A DNA stretch of 64,000 bases from a plasmid. Made by a program: the position numbers and the translations under genes. The notes beneath the pieces are model-generated. The model searched no databases and was not told the origin of the DNA. It saw only the letters and a list, made by a program, of their open reading frames with translations. The DNA lies in sequence record CP063550.1; one strand, written 5' to 3'. Of the stretch, positions 1 to 9,558 are shown piece by piece (the stretch's first letter is position 1; every line of letters begins with the position of its first letter).

Positions 1-132
1 TCTGGACTACACGTTTATTTGGAGCATCTTCTTTAGAAGTGTTGAAAGCGCTTGAAGAACAGCCGGGTATCGAGGGAGCAGTTGTAACAAAAGAGAATCA
101 ATTCTTGTATACAAAAGGATTTGAAAAAATTT
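1..132 (+). CDS. 3' end of an upstream gene, partial, product unknown
   Basis: Frame 3 is open from the window edge to TAG at 130-132 ('...LEVLKALEEQPGIEGAVVTKENQFLYTKGFEKI*'). No family recognised. Confidence 0.25.
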
Positions 133-176
133 AGTACGTGCGAACAGTCAGAAATCGATGTTAGAAAGGAAAGAGA

Positions 177-788
177 ATGAAGATGAAATTTATTGGATTA
201 GTAGGAACAAATTCAACGCGGTCAACAAACCGTGAATTATTACAGTTTATGAAAAATTATTTTGTAAATGAGGCAGAAATCGAAATTGTCGAAATCAAGG
301 AGCTGCCACTATTTAACAAACCTGAAAACACAGAACTACCAAATGTTGTTAAAGAAATTGCTGGAAAAATTGAACAAGCAGATGGCGTAATCATCAGCAC
401 ACCAGAGTATGACCATGCGGTTCCTGCTTCATTGATTAACGCATTAAATTGGCTTTCATATGGTATTTTTCCGTTTGTGGATAAACCAGTGATGATTACC
501 GGAGCGTCTTATGGCACGTTAGGTTCTTCACGCGCACAAGCACATTTGCGCCAAATATTGGATTCACCAGAGTTAAAGGCACGAATTATGCCAAGCTCAG
601 AATTTTTATTGGGTCATTCACTCCAAGCCTTTGATGAGCAAGGACGACTCATTGATGAAGAACAAGTCGCAAAATTACGTGAACTATTCAAAGATTTCTT
701 ACTCTTTGTCACAATCACTAGTCAATTGCAACATGCGCACCAAGCAAATAAACGTGAAGCCGAAAGCTTTTCATGGGAAACGATTTAA
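177..788 (+). CDS. NAD(P)H-dependent FMN reductase family oxidoreductase (flavodoxin-like fold)
   Basis: 203-aa ORF, RBS 'AGGAAAGAG' upstream. Motifs 'KFIGLVGTNS...DGVIISTPEYDHAVPASLINALNWLS...GASYGTLGSSRAQAHLRQIL' are typical of SsuE/YieF-type FMN reductases. Confidence 0.8.
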   Translation: MKMKFIGLVGTNSTRSTNRELLQFMKNYFVNEAEIEIVEIKELPLFNKPENTELPNVVKEIAGKIEQADGVIISTPEYDHAVPASLINALNWLSYGIFPFVDKPVMITGASYGTLGSSRAQAHLRQILDSPELKARIMPSSEFLLGHSLQAFDEQGRLIDEEQVAKLRELFKDFLLFVTITSQLQHAHQANKREAESFSWETI

Positions 789-807
789 TCGAGGGGAGCA
801 AACAAAG

Positions 808-2028
808 ATGAAATTAATAGGTATCGTCGGATCAGCAGCTGAACTTTCATATAACCGTAAATTATTAACATTTATCCAAAAACAATATCATGAACTATTT
901 AATTTAGAAATCATTGAAATCAAAGATTTACCTCTGTTCAATCAAGATGATGATCAAACAAATAGTCCTGCTATTCAACAGCTAAATCGCAAAATCTTAA
1001 TGGCTGATGGGGTAATTATTGCTACGCCAGAACACAATCATACGGTTCCAGCAGGATTGAAAAGTGCACTTGAATGGCTATCATTTAAAATCCATCCACT
1101 TGAAAATAAACCTGTAATGGTTGTGGGTGCTTCTTACTACGATCAAGGAACTTCACGCGCGCAATTACACTTGCGCCAAATTTTGGACGCACCAGGCGTG
1201 AATGCATTAGTGATGCCCGGAAATGAATTTTTATTGGGAAAAGCAAAAGAAGCATTTGACCAAGAAGATCGCTTGATTGATCCACGAACTGTTGACTTTT
1301 TAGGCAGTACATTAGCAAGTTTTGTAAAATTCATTAAAGTCGTGTCTACCTTAGCAGGGCCTAAAAAGCTTCCACCAGAAGATTTGCATGCGACAGGAAC
1401 AATTGCTACGACAATACCCGATGTTGATATGTCAGATGATCATTGGTTGGAAAAAGCTTCTGAAGCAGTCGGTGCCGTTTCTGGAAATACTTACGTCAAA
1501 TTAAATCGTGGGTTATTGACAGTGGATCAAATCAATTACTTTTTAGATTCGATGCCGATGGAATTAACTTTTGCAGATAATAATAACCAATTTTTATATT
1601 ATAATTTGCGCCAAGAAGCGAAAGAGATGTTAGCTGCTCGTGTGCCCGGTCAGGTAGGGAATCCATTAGCCAACTGTCACCCAGAAAAATCGTATAAAAA
1701 TGTAGAGTGGGTAATTCAACAACTGCGAAGCGGAGCAACAGATGCGGTACGTGTTCATGTACCAAAACAAGTGCCAGAAAAATATATTGTGCATAATTAC
1801 CAAGCAATGCATGATGAAAATGGAGAGTATGCTGGAATCAATGAATACATTCTTGATTTCAAACCAATCATTGAGTGGTATTTACAACAAACGGGTCAAC
1901 AACTTGTTGGAAATGAAGATGCGGTTTCAAGTGCATCTGTTCATGGTGGAAAAACAGATGCAGTAACCAGCGCCAGCACACACGATGAAACTGCAGTAGA
2001 TGCAGTTTCGAGTGCTTCTGTAAAATAA
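808..2028 (+). CDS. FMN-reductase-domain protein fused to a DUF438-like C-terminal domain, possibly 3'-altered by IS insertion
   Basis: Real start is probably ATG 808 (RBS GAGGGGAG at about 790). The track ORF from 631 overlaps the preceding gene. The N-terminus is a paralogue of the preceding reductase. The C-terminus 'FLDSMPMELTFADNNNQFLYY...NCHPEKS...' resembles DUF438. The low-complexity tail repeats 'DAVSSASV'. The stop lies 4 nt before the IS6 inverted repeat at 2032. Confidence 0.65.
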   Translation: MKLIGIVGSAAELSYNRKLLTFIQKQYHELFNLEIIEIKDLPLFNQDDDQTNSPAIQQLNRKILMADGVIIATPEHNHTVPAGLKSALEWLSFKIHPLENKPVMVVGASYYDQGTSRAQLHLRQILDAPGVNALVMPGNEFLLGKAKEAFDQEDRLIDPRTVDFLGSTLASFVKFIKVVSTLAGPKKLPPEDLHATGTIATTIPDVDMSDDHWLEKASEAVGAVSGNTYVKLNRGLLTVDQINYFLDSMPMELTFADNNNQFLYYNLRQEAKEMLAARVPGQVGNPLANCHPEKSYKNVEWVIQQLRSGATDAVRVHVPKQVPEKYIVHNYQAMHDENGEYAGINEYILDFKPIIEWYLQQTGQQLVGNEDAVSSASVHGGKTDAVTSASTHDETAVDAVSSASVK

Positions 2029-2031
2029 AAA

Positions 2032-2840
2032 GGTTCTGTTGCAAAGTTTTAAATAAAGAATAAAGTCCCTTACGGTATCTATGATTTAAGCTGGGATTCC
2101 CAATAATACCTTGATTTCAGTACAGACCGAAAACCCGAAGAGAGTGCCTTCTTTTCGGGTTTTCTTATATAATCCTCGGATGGCTTCCATGCCTTTAATC
2201 GTGGTAGAGGCAGTGCGTAAACTTCGATAGAATTTATTGCGTCTCTTTACTGGACGATGGTCTTGTTCAATCAAATTATTCAGGTATTTAATGGTACGAT
2301 GTTCTGTCCCTTGATAAAAGCCGTATTCTTTTAGTTTCTTAAAGGCACTTGTAATAGAGGGGGCTTTATCTGTGACTACAACCTTCGGTTCATCAAACTG
2401 CTTCACTAACCGCTTAAGAAAAGCATAGGCTGCTTGTGTGTCCCGTTTTTTACGTAACCAAATATCCAAGGTTAAACCATCTGCATCGATGGCTCGATAC
2501 AAATAATGCCATTTTCCTTTAATTTTGATGTACGTTTCATCCATTTTCCATGAATAAAAGGATTTTTTATTTTTCTTTTTCCAAATTTGATAGAGTAGTT
2601 TGCCATATTCTTGCACCCAACGATAAATCGTCGCATGAGAAACGTTAATGCCACGATCATATAAGATTTCTTGAACTTCACGATAGCTAAGGTTATAACG
2701 AAGATAGTAGCCCACGGCTACAATAATCACATCCTGCTGAAATTGCTTTCCTTTAAAATGATTCATCGTCATTCCTCCTGCTATCTTTTTCTATTATTCT
2801 ACCTTATTTGATAGTAGATTTAAAACTTTGCAACAGAACC
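2032..2840 (-). mobile_element. IS6-family insertion sequence, a type-A relative of IS1216, 809 bp
   Basis: Terminal inverted repeats 'GGTTCTGTTGCAAAGTTT' at 2032 and its reverse complement ending at 2840. One 228-aa DDE transposase. No 8-bp target duplication (flanks AATAAAAA and AAAGAACT). Confidence 0.9.
2086..2772 (-). CDS. IS6 family transposase
   Basis: 228 aa, 'MNHFKGKQFQQDVIIVAVGYYLRYNLSYREVQE...DADGLTLDIWLRKKRD...'. It is about 85% identical by eye to the IS1216 transposase copies at 24453 and 29133. Confidence 0.9.
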   Translation of the reverse strand: MTMNHFKGKQFQQDVIIVAVGYYLRYNLSYREVQEILYDRGINVSHATIYRWVQEYGKLLYQIWKKKNKKSFYSWKMDETYIKIKGKWHYLYRAIDADGLTLDIWLRKKRDTQAAYAFLKRLVKQFDEPKVVVTDKAPSITSAFKKLKEYGFYQGTEHRTIKYLNNLIEQDHRPVKRRNKFYRSLRTASTTIKGMEAIRGLYKKTRKEGTLFGFSVCTEIKVLLGIPA

Positions 2841-3119
2841 AAAGAACTCATCAAGCTGGCTAATAAGGGTCAAGATTATGAACATCTAGCAGATGAGATT
2901 GATGAGCTGAGAGACAAGCGACAGCTCCTTTTAGTAGAAGATGCCTCCCTCAGTGGCGAGAACGAGCGAATCAATGAGCTGATTGAATTTATCCGCAAGA
3001 ACAAATTCCGTACCTTAGAGTACGATGATAAGCTTGTAAGGAAGATAATCCAGAGCGTTACAGTCTATGAAGAACACTTCGTCATATCCTTCAAATCTGG
3101 CATCGAAATGGAAATATGA
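2841..3119 (+). pseudogene. C-terminal fragment of a large serine recombinase, truncated by the IS6 copy
   Basis: The ORF starts inside the IS inverted repeat. The tail '...VRKIIQSVTVYEEHFVISFKSGIEMEI' resembles large serine recombinase C-termini. Resemblance only. Confidence 0.35.
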
Positions 3120-3261
3120 AAACCAGAAGTAAATAGCCCATGATTCTACAGTAGAGTCGTGGGTTTTCTTTTGCTTGCTGATTATAATAATATTTTAATA
3201 ACTATTGTTATTATAAACCAAATGATTTATAATATTCTTAGCGTAAACTTGGAGGTGCTGT

Positions 3262-3483
3262 ATGACTACGGCAGAAATGATTAAAGAACTGTGTGAGCAA
3301 ATGAATATAAGTGTTTCCGAACTTGCTAGACGTATTGGACAGACTCCACAGAATTTCAATAAGAAATTACAACGAGAAACGGTAACCTTAGATGAGTTGA
3401 AAGCGATTGCTGATGTGCTAGGTGTCAAGTTTGTGCAGGCTTTTATATTGCCTGATGGCAATGAAATAAAGATAGGTAATTAG
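3262..3483 (+). CDS. XRE-family helix-turn-helix transcriptional regulator
   Basis: 73 aa. HTH 'ISVSELARRIGQTPQNFNKKLQRE'. RBS GGAGGTG upstream. An AT-rich palindromic region at 3180-3240 could be its operator. Confidence 0.75.
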   Translation: MTTAEMIKELCEQMNISVSELARRIGQTPQNFNKKLQRETVTLDELKAIADVLGVKFVQAFILPDGNEIKIGN

Positions 3484-3498
3484 GAGGTGTAATTTGTA

Positions 3499-4341
3499 TT
3501 GAAAATCATAACAATAAATGATGTTGAGTATGCTGTATTTGCTGCTAATGAAGGTACTTCCAAACCACAACCTCATATCATAGAAACGAAATCTGGTACT
3601 ATTCCAGAAGGAAAACAACTGAGTTTATTAAAAGAATATCTTAAGCAGAATGATATTTCCCCAATAAAAGGAGCAACAACATATTGGTGCATTGACAAGG
3701 TTCTTAAGCTTGATTCAAGTAAAGAAAAAACTATAAGTGAAACAATCCATAAACAAAAATACTTATCTTTAACTGAAGAAAATATTGAGAAACAGCATAA
3801 GTTTGTAGGTGCAAGCTCTAATTATGGGAAAGAAGGTCTAATAATACATGATGTTTTGAATGCATTTCCTCTTCATAATGATTTAAATACTATTGCGATG
3901 AAGATTGCGGTAATTGATGTAACAAATTCAACACATCTTTCTCAATATAAGAGCAGGTTGTCTCTATATGATTTGGCTAAAGTAATTCTGGAGATTCCAA
4001 ATTTTGATGATCGGTTGGCAAAAGGAGATCCTCAGTTGATAAATATTATCGCAAGGAACATTGGTGCAGTTAATATGTTCTCATTTGCATCCAAGTACTG
4101 TACATATCATAATGTGGAAGTGTGTGGGAGAGATGATTACTCCATCTTTGATGGTATCGTTAAAAATACTCTTCCACACTATATCCAAGGACTAACTACG
4201 AATAAGATTGATACGTGGCGAAGAAGTTTTGATTACGAGGCATTTAACGAATGTGTTGGAAAACTACTTGATGAAAATAATATACATATTCCTTTTAGAA
4301 GAAGAAAGTTAGATCACTTCTTGTGGTATGCGAATAGGTAG
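3499..4341 (+). CDS. hypothetical protein (280 aa), TTG start, no family recognised
   Basis: Strong RBS TAGGAGGTG at 3481-3489 followed by TTG 3499. No recognisable catalytic motif except a C-terminal 'RRRKLDH' (an Rx4H, HEPN-like spacing). That is weak. Confidence 0.5.
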   Translation: MKIITINDVEYAVFAANEGTSKPQPHIIETKSGTIPEGKQLSLLKEYLKQNDISPIKGATTYWCIDKVLKLDSSKEKTISETIHKQKYLSLTEENIEKQHKFVGASSNYGKEGLIIHDVLNAFPLHNDLNTIAMKIAVIDVTNSTHLSQYKSRLSLYDLAKVILEIPNFDDRLAKGDPQLINIIARNIGAVNMFSFASKYCTYHNVEVCGRDDYSIFDGIVKNTLPHYIQGLTTNKIDTWRRSFDYEAFNECVGKLLDENNIHIPFRRRKLDHFLWYANR

Positions 4342-4385
4342 AATATAAGAAAAAGGCATCGTAAAAGTGATTCTGGATAAAATTA

Positions 4386-6206
4386 ATGGGGGAGGAAATA
4401 ATAGTGGGATTATTTGATTTTCTAAAGAAAAAACAAGGAAAGGTTAGTAAACACGTTGATTATCAACTGGCTTCTAGTCTATTTCGTACTGGTAAAGTTT
4501 TTGCTGAAAAATTGGAAGTGGACATATCAAATGTAGATGAGTTTCGTAAAACTTTTATCGCTTTTGATGTGGAAACAACTGGCCTAAATTCTTCTTCAGA
4601 TAGAATTGTAGAGATTGGTGCGGTGCTATTTAAAGAAGGAGTTCCAATTCAATCATTCGGAACTCTTGTCAATCCAAAAGTTAGAATTGCAGCCTCAGCT
4701 TCGGCAATAAATAATATAACTAATGAAATGCTAAACTCTGCTCCAAATGAGCAGGAAGTTTACCCCCAGTTGGTAGAATTTTTAGGAGATGCACTAGATG
4801 GAAAAATCACTATGTGTGCACACAATGCAAGTTTCGATTTTGGATTTTTAAGTAACACATTTTCTAGACTTGGGTATGATGCTAAAATTAAGTATGTTGA
4901 TACTCTGAGTCTCTCTAGAAAACATATAAAAGGCATTGTAAATCATAAGCAAGAGACTGTAGCGGAATATTTCGGATTAATAAATGACACTGCCCATAGA
5001 GCGGAATCAGATGCAGATATATGCGGAAAGATTTTTTGGGGTGTTTTAGATATTATTGAGGAGTCGTTGGAAGAACAAAAAAAGCAAATAGAAAAGATGA
5101 CTCCAGACATAAAAGAACTTGAAGCTTGTGCTTTTATTCAAGATATTATTGAGAAAAAAGGATGCGACACCAGTTGGATCAGGTATCGAAAAAACAGTAA
5201 TAATTATGTCGATGTAACTTGTCTATATACATTCTTAAAGTTTAAGTTTGCTAAGAAGGGAAATTACATCATTATTAGAAAAGATGCTACAAATGGAATT
5301 GATTTACCTATAGAACCTTGTACTGTAAGTGAAGGCGGTACAACAAATGTGCGAGTCTATTTTCGTAGCCCCTTTGACTTAACGCCTCTTTCAAATTATA
5401 TTTTCAGTGCTTATAGCGATTGTTATAATTCTATGAATGAATATATGAGTGTTAGTAATTACACTAAAAAAGAAGCAGAGCAAAGCCTTAGTATGCTGAA
5501 ATCTATTTCAAAATCAGCGATGAAAGAGTTATTATTCGATGCAAAAAATCGTGGATATGATGAGACTGAAGTTAACCTAAATATTGAAAAAGTGATATCT
5601 AGAGAAGATGTAATTATTAACGGGTTGCATAATCGAGTTTCATTAAACAAGATACGAAATATAGGGAATTGGGAGAAAGGATTTGATGCAGGTTATCCAT
5701 ATTGGGAACGTGGAGAAACTGCTAGGAAAAATGGCAAAGTAGATGAAGCTATTGCACTTTTTGATAAAGCTCGATATAACGGCTATGATGCTCCTGCGCT
5801 ATATGATTCTTATGCTAAAGCTTATCGAAAAATTAAGGATTACGATAATGAAATTCTCATTCTTGATGAAGGAATTATGCGTAAAACACGGCACGATGTT
5901 GGTACTTTAGAGGCTCGTAGGGATAAGGCAATTAAGCTATTATTTGCTAAACAAGAGGCAGAGCGGATAGCTAAGGAAAAATCTGATTTTCTAAAAGCGA
6001 ACAAAAAAGAGGATGCGATTAGTGAGCCTAGCAAGAAGCGTGGAAGACAGATTATTCAAATGACTGATGATGGAACAATAATAAAAGAATTCGATACTAT
6101 AGCTTCTGCTGTAAAAGAAGTTGGCGTTAACTCAAAAAGTATTAGGGATGCTGCAAATGGAGTTCAAAAACATGCTGGAGGATACTACTGGAAATACAAA
6201 GATTAG
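4386..6206 (+). CDS. DEDDh (DnaQ-like) 3'-5' exonuclease domain protein with a helical middle region and a C-terminal NUMOD-like DNA-binding domain
   Basis: Exo motifs I 'FDVETTGL', II 'CAHNASFDFGFL' and III 'HRAESDADI'. The C-terminus 'IIQMTDDGTIIKEFDTIASAVKEVGVNSKSIRDAANGVQKHAGGYYWKYK' resembles the DNA-binding module of GIY-YIG/HNH homing endonucleases. No Walker A motif. An alternative start is GTG 4404 (RBS GGGGGAGG at 4388-4395). Confidence 0.7.
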   Translation: MGEEIIVGLFDFLKKKQGKVSKHVDYQLASSLFRTGKVFAEKLEVDISNVDEFRKTFIAFDVETTGLNSSSDRIVEIGAVLFKEGVPIQSFGTLVNPKVRIAASASAINNITNEMLNSAPNEQEVYPQLVEFLGDALDGKITMCAHNASFDFGFLSNTFSRLGYDAKIKYVDTLSLSRKHIKGIVNHKQETVAEYFGLINDTAHRAESDADICGKIFWGVLDIIEESLEEQKKQIEKMTPDIKELEACAFIQDIIEKKGCDTSWIRYRKNSNNYVDVTCLYTFLKFKFAKKGNYIIIRKDATNGIDLPIEPCTVSEGGTTNVRVYFRSPFDLTPLSNYIFSAYSDCYNSMNEYMSVSNYTKKEAEQSLSMLKSISKSAMKELLFDAKNRGYDETEVNLNIEKVISREDVIINGLHNRVSLNKIRNIGNWEKGFDAGYPYWERGETARKNGKVDEAIALFDKARYNGYDAPALYDSYAKAYRKIKDYDNEILILDEGIMRKTRHDVGTLEARRDKAIKLLFAKQEAERIAKEKSDFLKANKKEDAISEPSKKRGRQIIQMTDDGTIIKEFDTIASAVKEVGVNSKSIRDAANGVQKHAGGYYWKYKD

Positions 6207-6245
6207 CAGATAATCTAAGATAACCTAGGATCTTCTTAATAGATA

Positions 6246-7283
6246 CCCGTGGTGCTAGTTAATTTTAATATCCTAAAGAATATCTCAAAGTTCCTTCAAA
6301 ACGTCGTTGTGCTCGACTTAATAGAACACTGTAAGCCAGTAATATGCTTTCAAATCTACTCTCTAGCCCTTTAACAGAACGTGAGTTGAAATTTTGACAA
6401 CCTAATTTTTCTAAGGAAGAAAAAACAGTCCCAACTGTTTTTCTTTGTTTTCCAAGTAAGCTGTGGTCTAGTTTTTCTGATTTATCCATGTTTTTACGTG
6501 GCGGAATGGATATAGTAATGCCCATAAGGGCAAGCTTTTCATGGATTTTATGGCTAATATATCCTTTGTCCCCTAGGATATTGGGAAGATTCGCTTCTTC
6601 CGATAAAGTCTCTAACACTTTCACGTCATGGACACCTGGATTCGTGATTGAGTAAGTAATCGGAAAGCCAGTCTTAGTAACGATCATATGAATTTTAAGA
6701 CCATAAAAATAAGATTTTTTTGTTGAGTTATAGCCAACTTTGGCTATTTGATTCAATAGTTTTGCTTGTCTATTTCTAACTGGTTTACATAATGGACTAG
6801 GAAAACTATCTATAATTCCGACTAGTTCACCTTTGGTGAGCTTCTTGATGAAAAAGTATCGAATAATCTTGATAGTGTAAGCTAAGTTTGAACTTAAGCG
6901 AGTGAATCGACTCCTACTAGGAAAGTCACCATTAGGAAATAAGACGGAACAAACCGCTCTATACGTGGCTCTTTGGCTAGTATAGCCATTAATTATGCCC
7001 CATATAACACAAGCAATAATCACTGTATCGCGTTGCTTCAGTTGATCAGTATTTCTTCGGTTTTTAATCTTATCTGGTACACAATTGTGGTATATGTTAG
7101 AAACAGTTCTCATAATTTCCTTGAATGTTATAAAAGTATCTGTATAATGTTCAGTATATTTTGATGAACGCATATGTAGTCCTCATTTCTTGGGAGTTTT
7201 GAGACTACTATATGCGTTTTTTTGTTGATTTACCAACATGTTTAGACATTTTCCTCTAGGAAAAAATTAACTAGCACCACGGG
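6246..7283 (-). mobile_element. IS982-family insertion sequence, 1038 bp
   Basis: Perfect 22-bp terminal inverted repeats 'ACCCGTGGTGCTAGTTAATTTT' at 6246-6267 and 7262-7283 (reverse complement). One DDE transposase. Confidence 0.85.
6265..7173 (-). CDS. IS982 family transposase
   Basis: 302 aa with the characteristic '...LGDKGYIS...' DDE region. Confidence 0.85.
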   Translation of the reverse strand: MRSSKYTEHYTDTFITFKEIMRTVSNIYHNCVPDKIKNRRNTDQLKQRDTVIIACVIWGIINGYTSQRATYRAVCSVLFPNGDFPSRSRFTRLSSNLAYTIKIIRYFFIKKLTKGELVGIIDSFPSPLCKPVRNRQAKLLNQIAKVGYNSTKKSYFYGLKIHMIVTKTGFPITYSITNPGVHDVKVLETLSEEANLPNILGDKGYISHKIHEKLALMGITISIPPRKNMDKSEKLDHSLLGKQRKTVGTVFSSLEKLGCQNFNSRSVKGLESRFESILLAYSVLLSRAQRRFEGTLRYSLGY

Positions 7284-7319
7284 TTAAATCTATATTTTGA
7301 TATACAAATTACAGCTTCA

Positions 7320-7556
7320 GATACTAAGTTGCATAAACCTTTTCCGGACCCCATACAAAAGGCAATTGATGAATTGGGCATAAAAAATAAGAAACGATTT
7401 ATATTGGTGATTCATTATATGACATGCAAAGTGCGAAAGCTTGTGGGATAGCATTTGGTTTAGCTAAATGGGGAGCCAAAAATATAGAAAATTTTCAAAG
7501 TGTAGATATAATTATTGATTCTCCTCAAGAAATACTTGATTTGTTAGAAAAATAGA
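7320..7556 (+). pseudogene. HAD-family hydrolase C-terminal remnant, frameshifted
   Basis: Frames give '...KPFPDPIQKAIDELGI' and 'YIGDSLYDMQSAKACGIAFGLAKWGAKNIENF...'. A HAD motif III-like tail is split between two frames. There is no start codon. Confidence 0.35.
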
Positions 7557-7557
7557 C

Positions 7558-7601
7558 AAAGAGCGTGAGATAAGGATAGGGTCTCACGCTCTTTGTTTTT
7601 C
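7558..7601 (+). terminator. rho-independent terminator
   Basis: 'AAAGAGCGTGAGA...TCTCACGCTCTTTGTTTTTCG' is a perfect 13-bp stem followed by a T-run. Confidence 0.6.
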
Positions 7602-7634
7602 GCCATTTAAAGATTGAAATTTTTGCCATCGCCG

Positions 7635-8686
7635 ATTGTAAAATTAAGCTAGACAACTAAAAAAGTCATTTGTGCTACACTCAAAATAGTTCCGACCAAA
7701 GAATTATAAGGAGTGAGTACAAATGACCTATACCCATCTTACAACGGATGAACTTGTAATAATAGAGTCTTATTTCAAAATTAATCAATCTGTTGCTAAA
7801 ACTGCCCATTGCTTGAATCGTTCAAGACAAACGATCCATAAAGTATATCTGTTCTTCAAGCAAGGAAAATCAGCCTTAGAATATTATCAACAGTATAAGA
7901 AAAACAAATCAAACTGTGGTAGACGTCCGCTTGTTTTACCCGAGGAACAATCAGAATATATTCAAAGAAAGGTTGTTCAAGGATGGACACCCGATGTGAT
8001 TGTTGGTCGTGCAGCGTTTCCTATTAGTTGTTCTGCTCGTACCATTTATCGTATGTTCAAAAAGGGGCTATTTGATTCTTCTGACTTACCGATGAAAGGC
8101 AAGCGTAAACCGAATGGACATCAAGAAAGACGTGGAAAACAAACTTTCCGCCGCTCTATTCATGAACGTGAAAAGGATTATAGCCAATTCTCAAATGAGT
8201 TTGGTCACCTTGAAGGTGACACTATCGTAGGTCTGAAACATAAAAGTGCTGTAATTACCTTAGTTGAACGATTATCAAAAGTTATCATCACATTGAAACC
8301 GTGTGGTAGACAAGCGATTGATATTGAAAAAAATTAAATCAATGGTTTGAATCTGTACCGAAAAACCTATTCAAATCCATCACTTTTGATTGTGGAAAGG
8401 AATTTTCAAATTGGAAACAGATCAGTAATGTCAATGATATTGCCATTTATTTCGCTGATCCAGGAACGCCGTCTCAAAGAGGCCTAAACGAGAATTCTAA
8501 CGGATTGTTACGTAGAGATGGTTTATTGAAATCTATGGATTTCAATTCAGTAGATGAATTTTTTATTCAATCTGTCGCATCTAAACGAAATAATATTCCT
8601 AGAAAATCACTGGATTATCGAACACCTTTGGAAGTATTTTTGAGTTACGTAAGTATTGATGATCTGTCTAACTTAATTTGACAATT
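7635..8686 (+). mobile_element. IS30-family insertion sequence, copy 1 (about 1.05 kb)
   Basis: Imperfect terminal inverted repeats 'GATTGTAAAATTAAGCTAGACAA' and 'TTGTCTAACTTAATTTGACAAT'. The same left end and 5' leader reappear at 31749. Confidence 0.8.
7723..8680 (+). pseudogene. IS30 family transposase, frameshifted near codon 204
   Basis: The N-terminal ORF 7723-8337 ('MTYTHLTTDELVIIESYF...') continues in another frame ('WFESVPKNLFKSITFDCGKEFSNW...RTPLEVF') to about 8680. The DDE core is split. Confidence 0.8.
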
Positions 8687-8705
8687 AAGACATTTAAAAA
8701 GAAAA

Positions 8706-8951
8706 GTGACAGATAGGAATAAAAACTTATTAAATGTAGTTATGATCTGTTATATTTCATTTCTAATACTAGGTCTTCCACAAGCAGTGTTTCCTGAAAT
8801 GTTTTCTGGAGACTGGGGTATTGTCAGCTATTCTATATTAACATTGATTGCTATGGTTTTAGGTACTTCATTTTATAATGCTTTTGTAAGTAAGCATGTT
8901 GAGGAATATGAAGTATTAATGTACTTAAAAGAGAAAAAAACAAGTAATTAA
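8706..8951 (+). CDS. small hydrophobic protein, hypothetical
   Basis: 81 aa, GTG start, two predicted transmembrane segments. No RBS is evident. Confidence 0.3.
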   Translation: MTDRNKNLLNVVMICYISFLILGLPQAVFPEMFSGDWGIVSYSILTLIAMVLGTSFYNAFVSKHVEEYEVLMYLKEKKTSN

Positions 8952-9157
8952 TATGAGAACACCACGCATAGTTTTTATTTTGAGATATTCTAGAATGAAA
9001 CACATTAAGAACGAAAGCAAAGCAAAAGACGCCAGAACTTCTACTACCTTCTAAGTTTTTTCATATTTGTTTGTTATGCTATACATAGATCTGCATAATT
9101 AGACTTGCGCTGCCCGTTATTGAAGTTTCAGGCAGCGCTCTTTTTGGGGGATCGATA

Positions 9158-9357
9158 ATGGAAGAAGAAAAAATATTTGAGAAACGCTGGCAGCTAGCAT
9201 CAAGTGAACAAAGAGCAAGATACAATAATTTGATCACCTCCTACCCCACTGTTGACTAGACATATAAGGAAAAGAAATACTTACTTTGGCTGTGCCAGTT
9301 AGATATAGATACCTTTGAAACATTTGAAGTGATCCTAGATAAAATTAAACAGAATTG
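9158..9357 (+). pseudogene. small conserved hypothetical protein, disrupted by an internal TAG; paralogue of 55630-55851
   Basis: 'MEEEKIFEKRWQLASSEQRARYNNLITSYPTVD*TYKEKKYLLWLCQLD...'. It is preceded by the same ~150-bp leader with a GC hairpin (GCGCTGCC...GGCAGCGC at 9107-9135) as the intact copy. Confidence 0.5.
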
Positions 9358-9558
9358 ATCAGAAACAAGCGAAGCCTTCTCTCGGTTCGCTTGTTTTGCT
9401 ATTTATTAGTTGGCTCAGGGCAACTCTAAGCTCGTTTGAAAGAAAACCGATGGATAATCCCCTTGTTTGTACCACTTTAGAATACATGGATGTACGTATT
9501 GCCATTGACTCCTATTAGTTACTGAAAAAAAATTTAAACAAGTTGAGTATTGCAGATA

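Noticed and set aside
631-807. Upstream extension of the second FMN-reductase ORF (track ORF starts at 631).
   Set aside because: It overlaps the first gene in another frame. ATG 808 has a proper RBS and aligns with the paralogue's N-terminus.
1085-1807. Antisense ORFs inside the reductase gene (1085-1318, 1143-1334, 1532-1807) and similar nested ORFs elsewhere, e.g. 13352-13582, 14287-14625, 34922-36079 and 48611-48827.
   Set aside because: They lie entirely inside well-supported genes on the other strand, with no RBS or motif. These are typical frame artefacts.
2024-2848. 8-bp target-site duplications for the two type-A IS6 copies.
   Set aside because: The flanks differ (AATAAAAA/AAAGAACT and CATTTACC/ATAATTCG). 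This is consistent with cointegrate or homologous history, not simple insertion.
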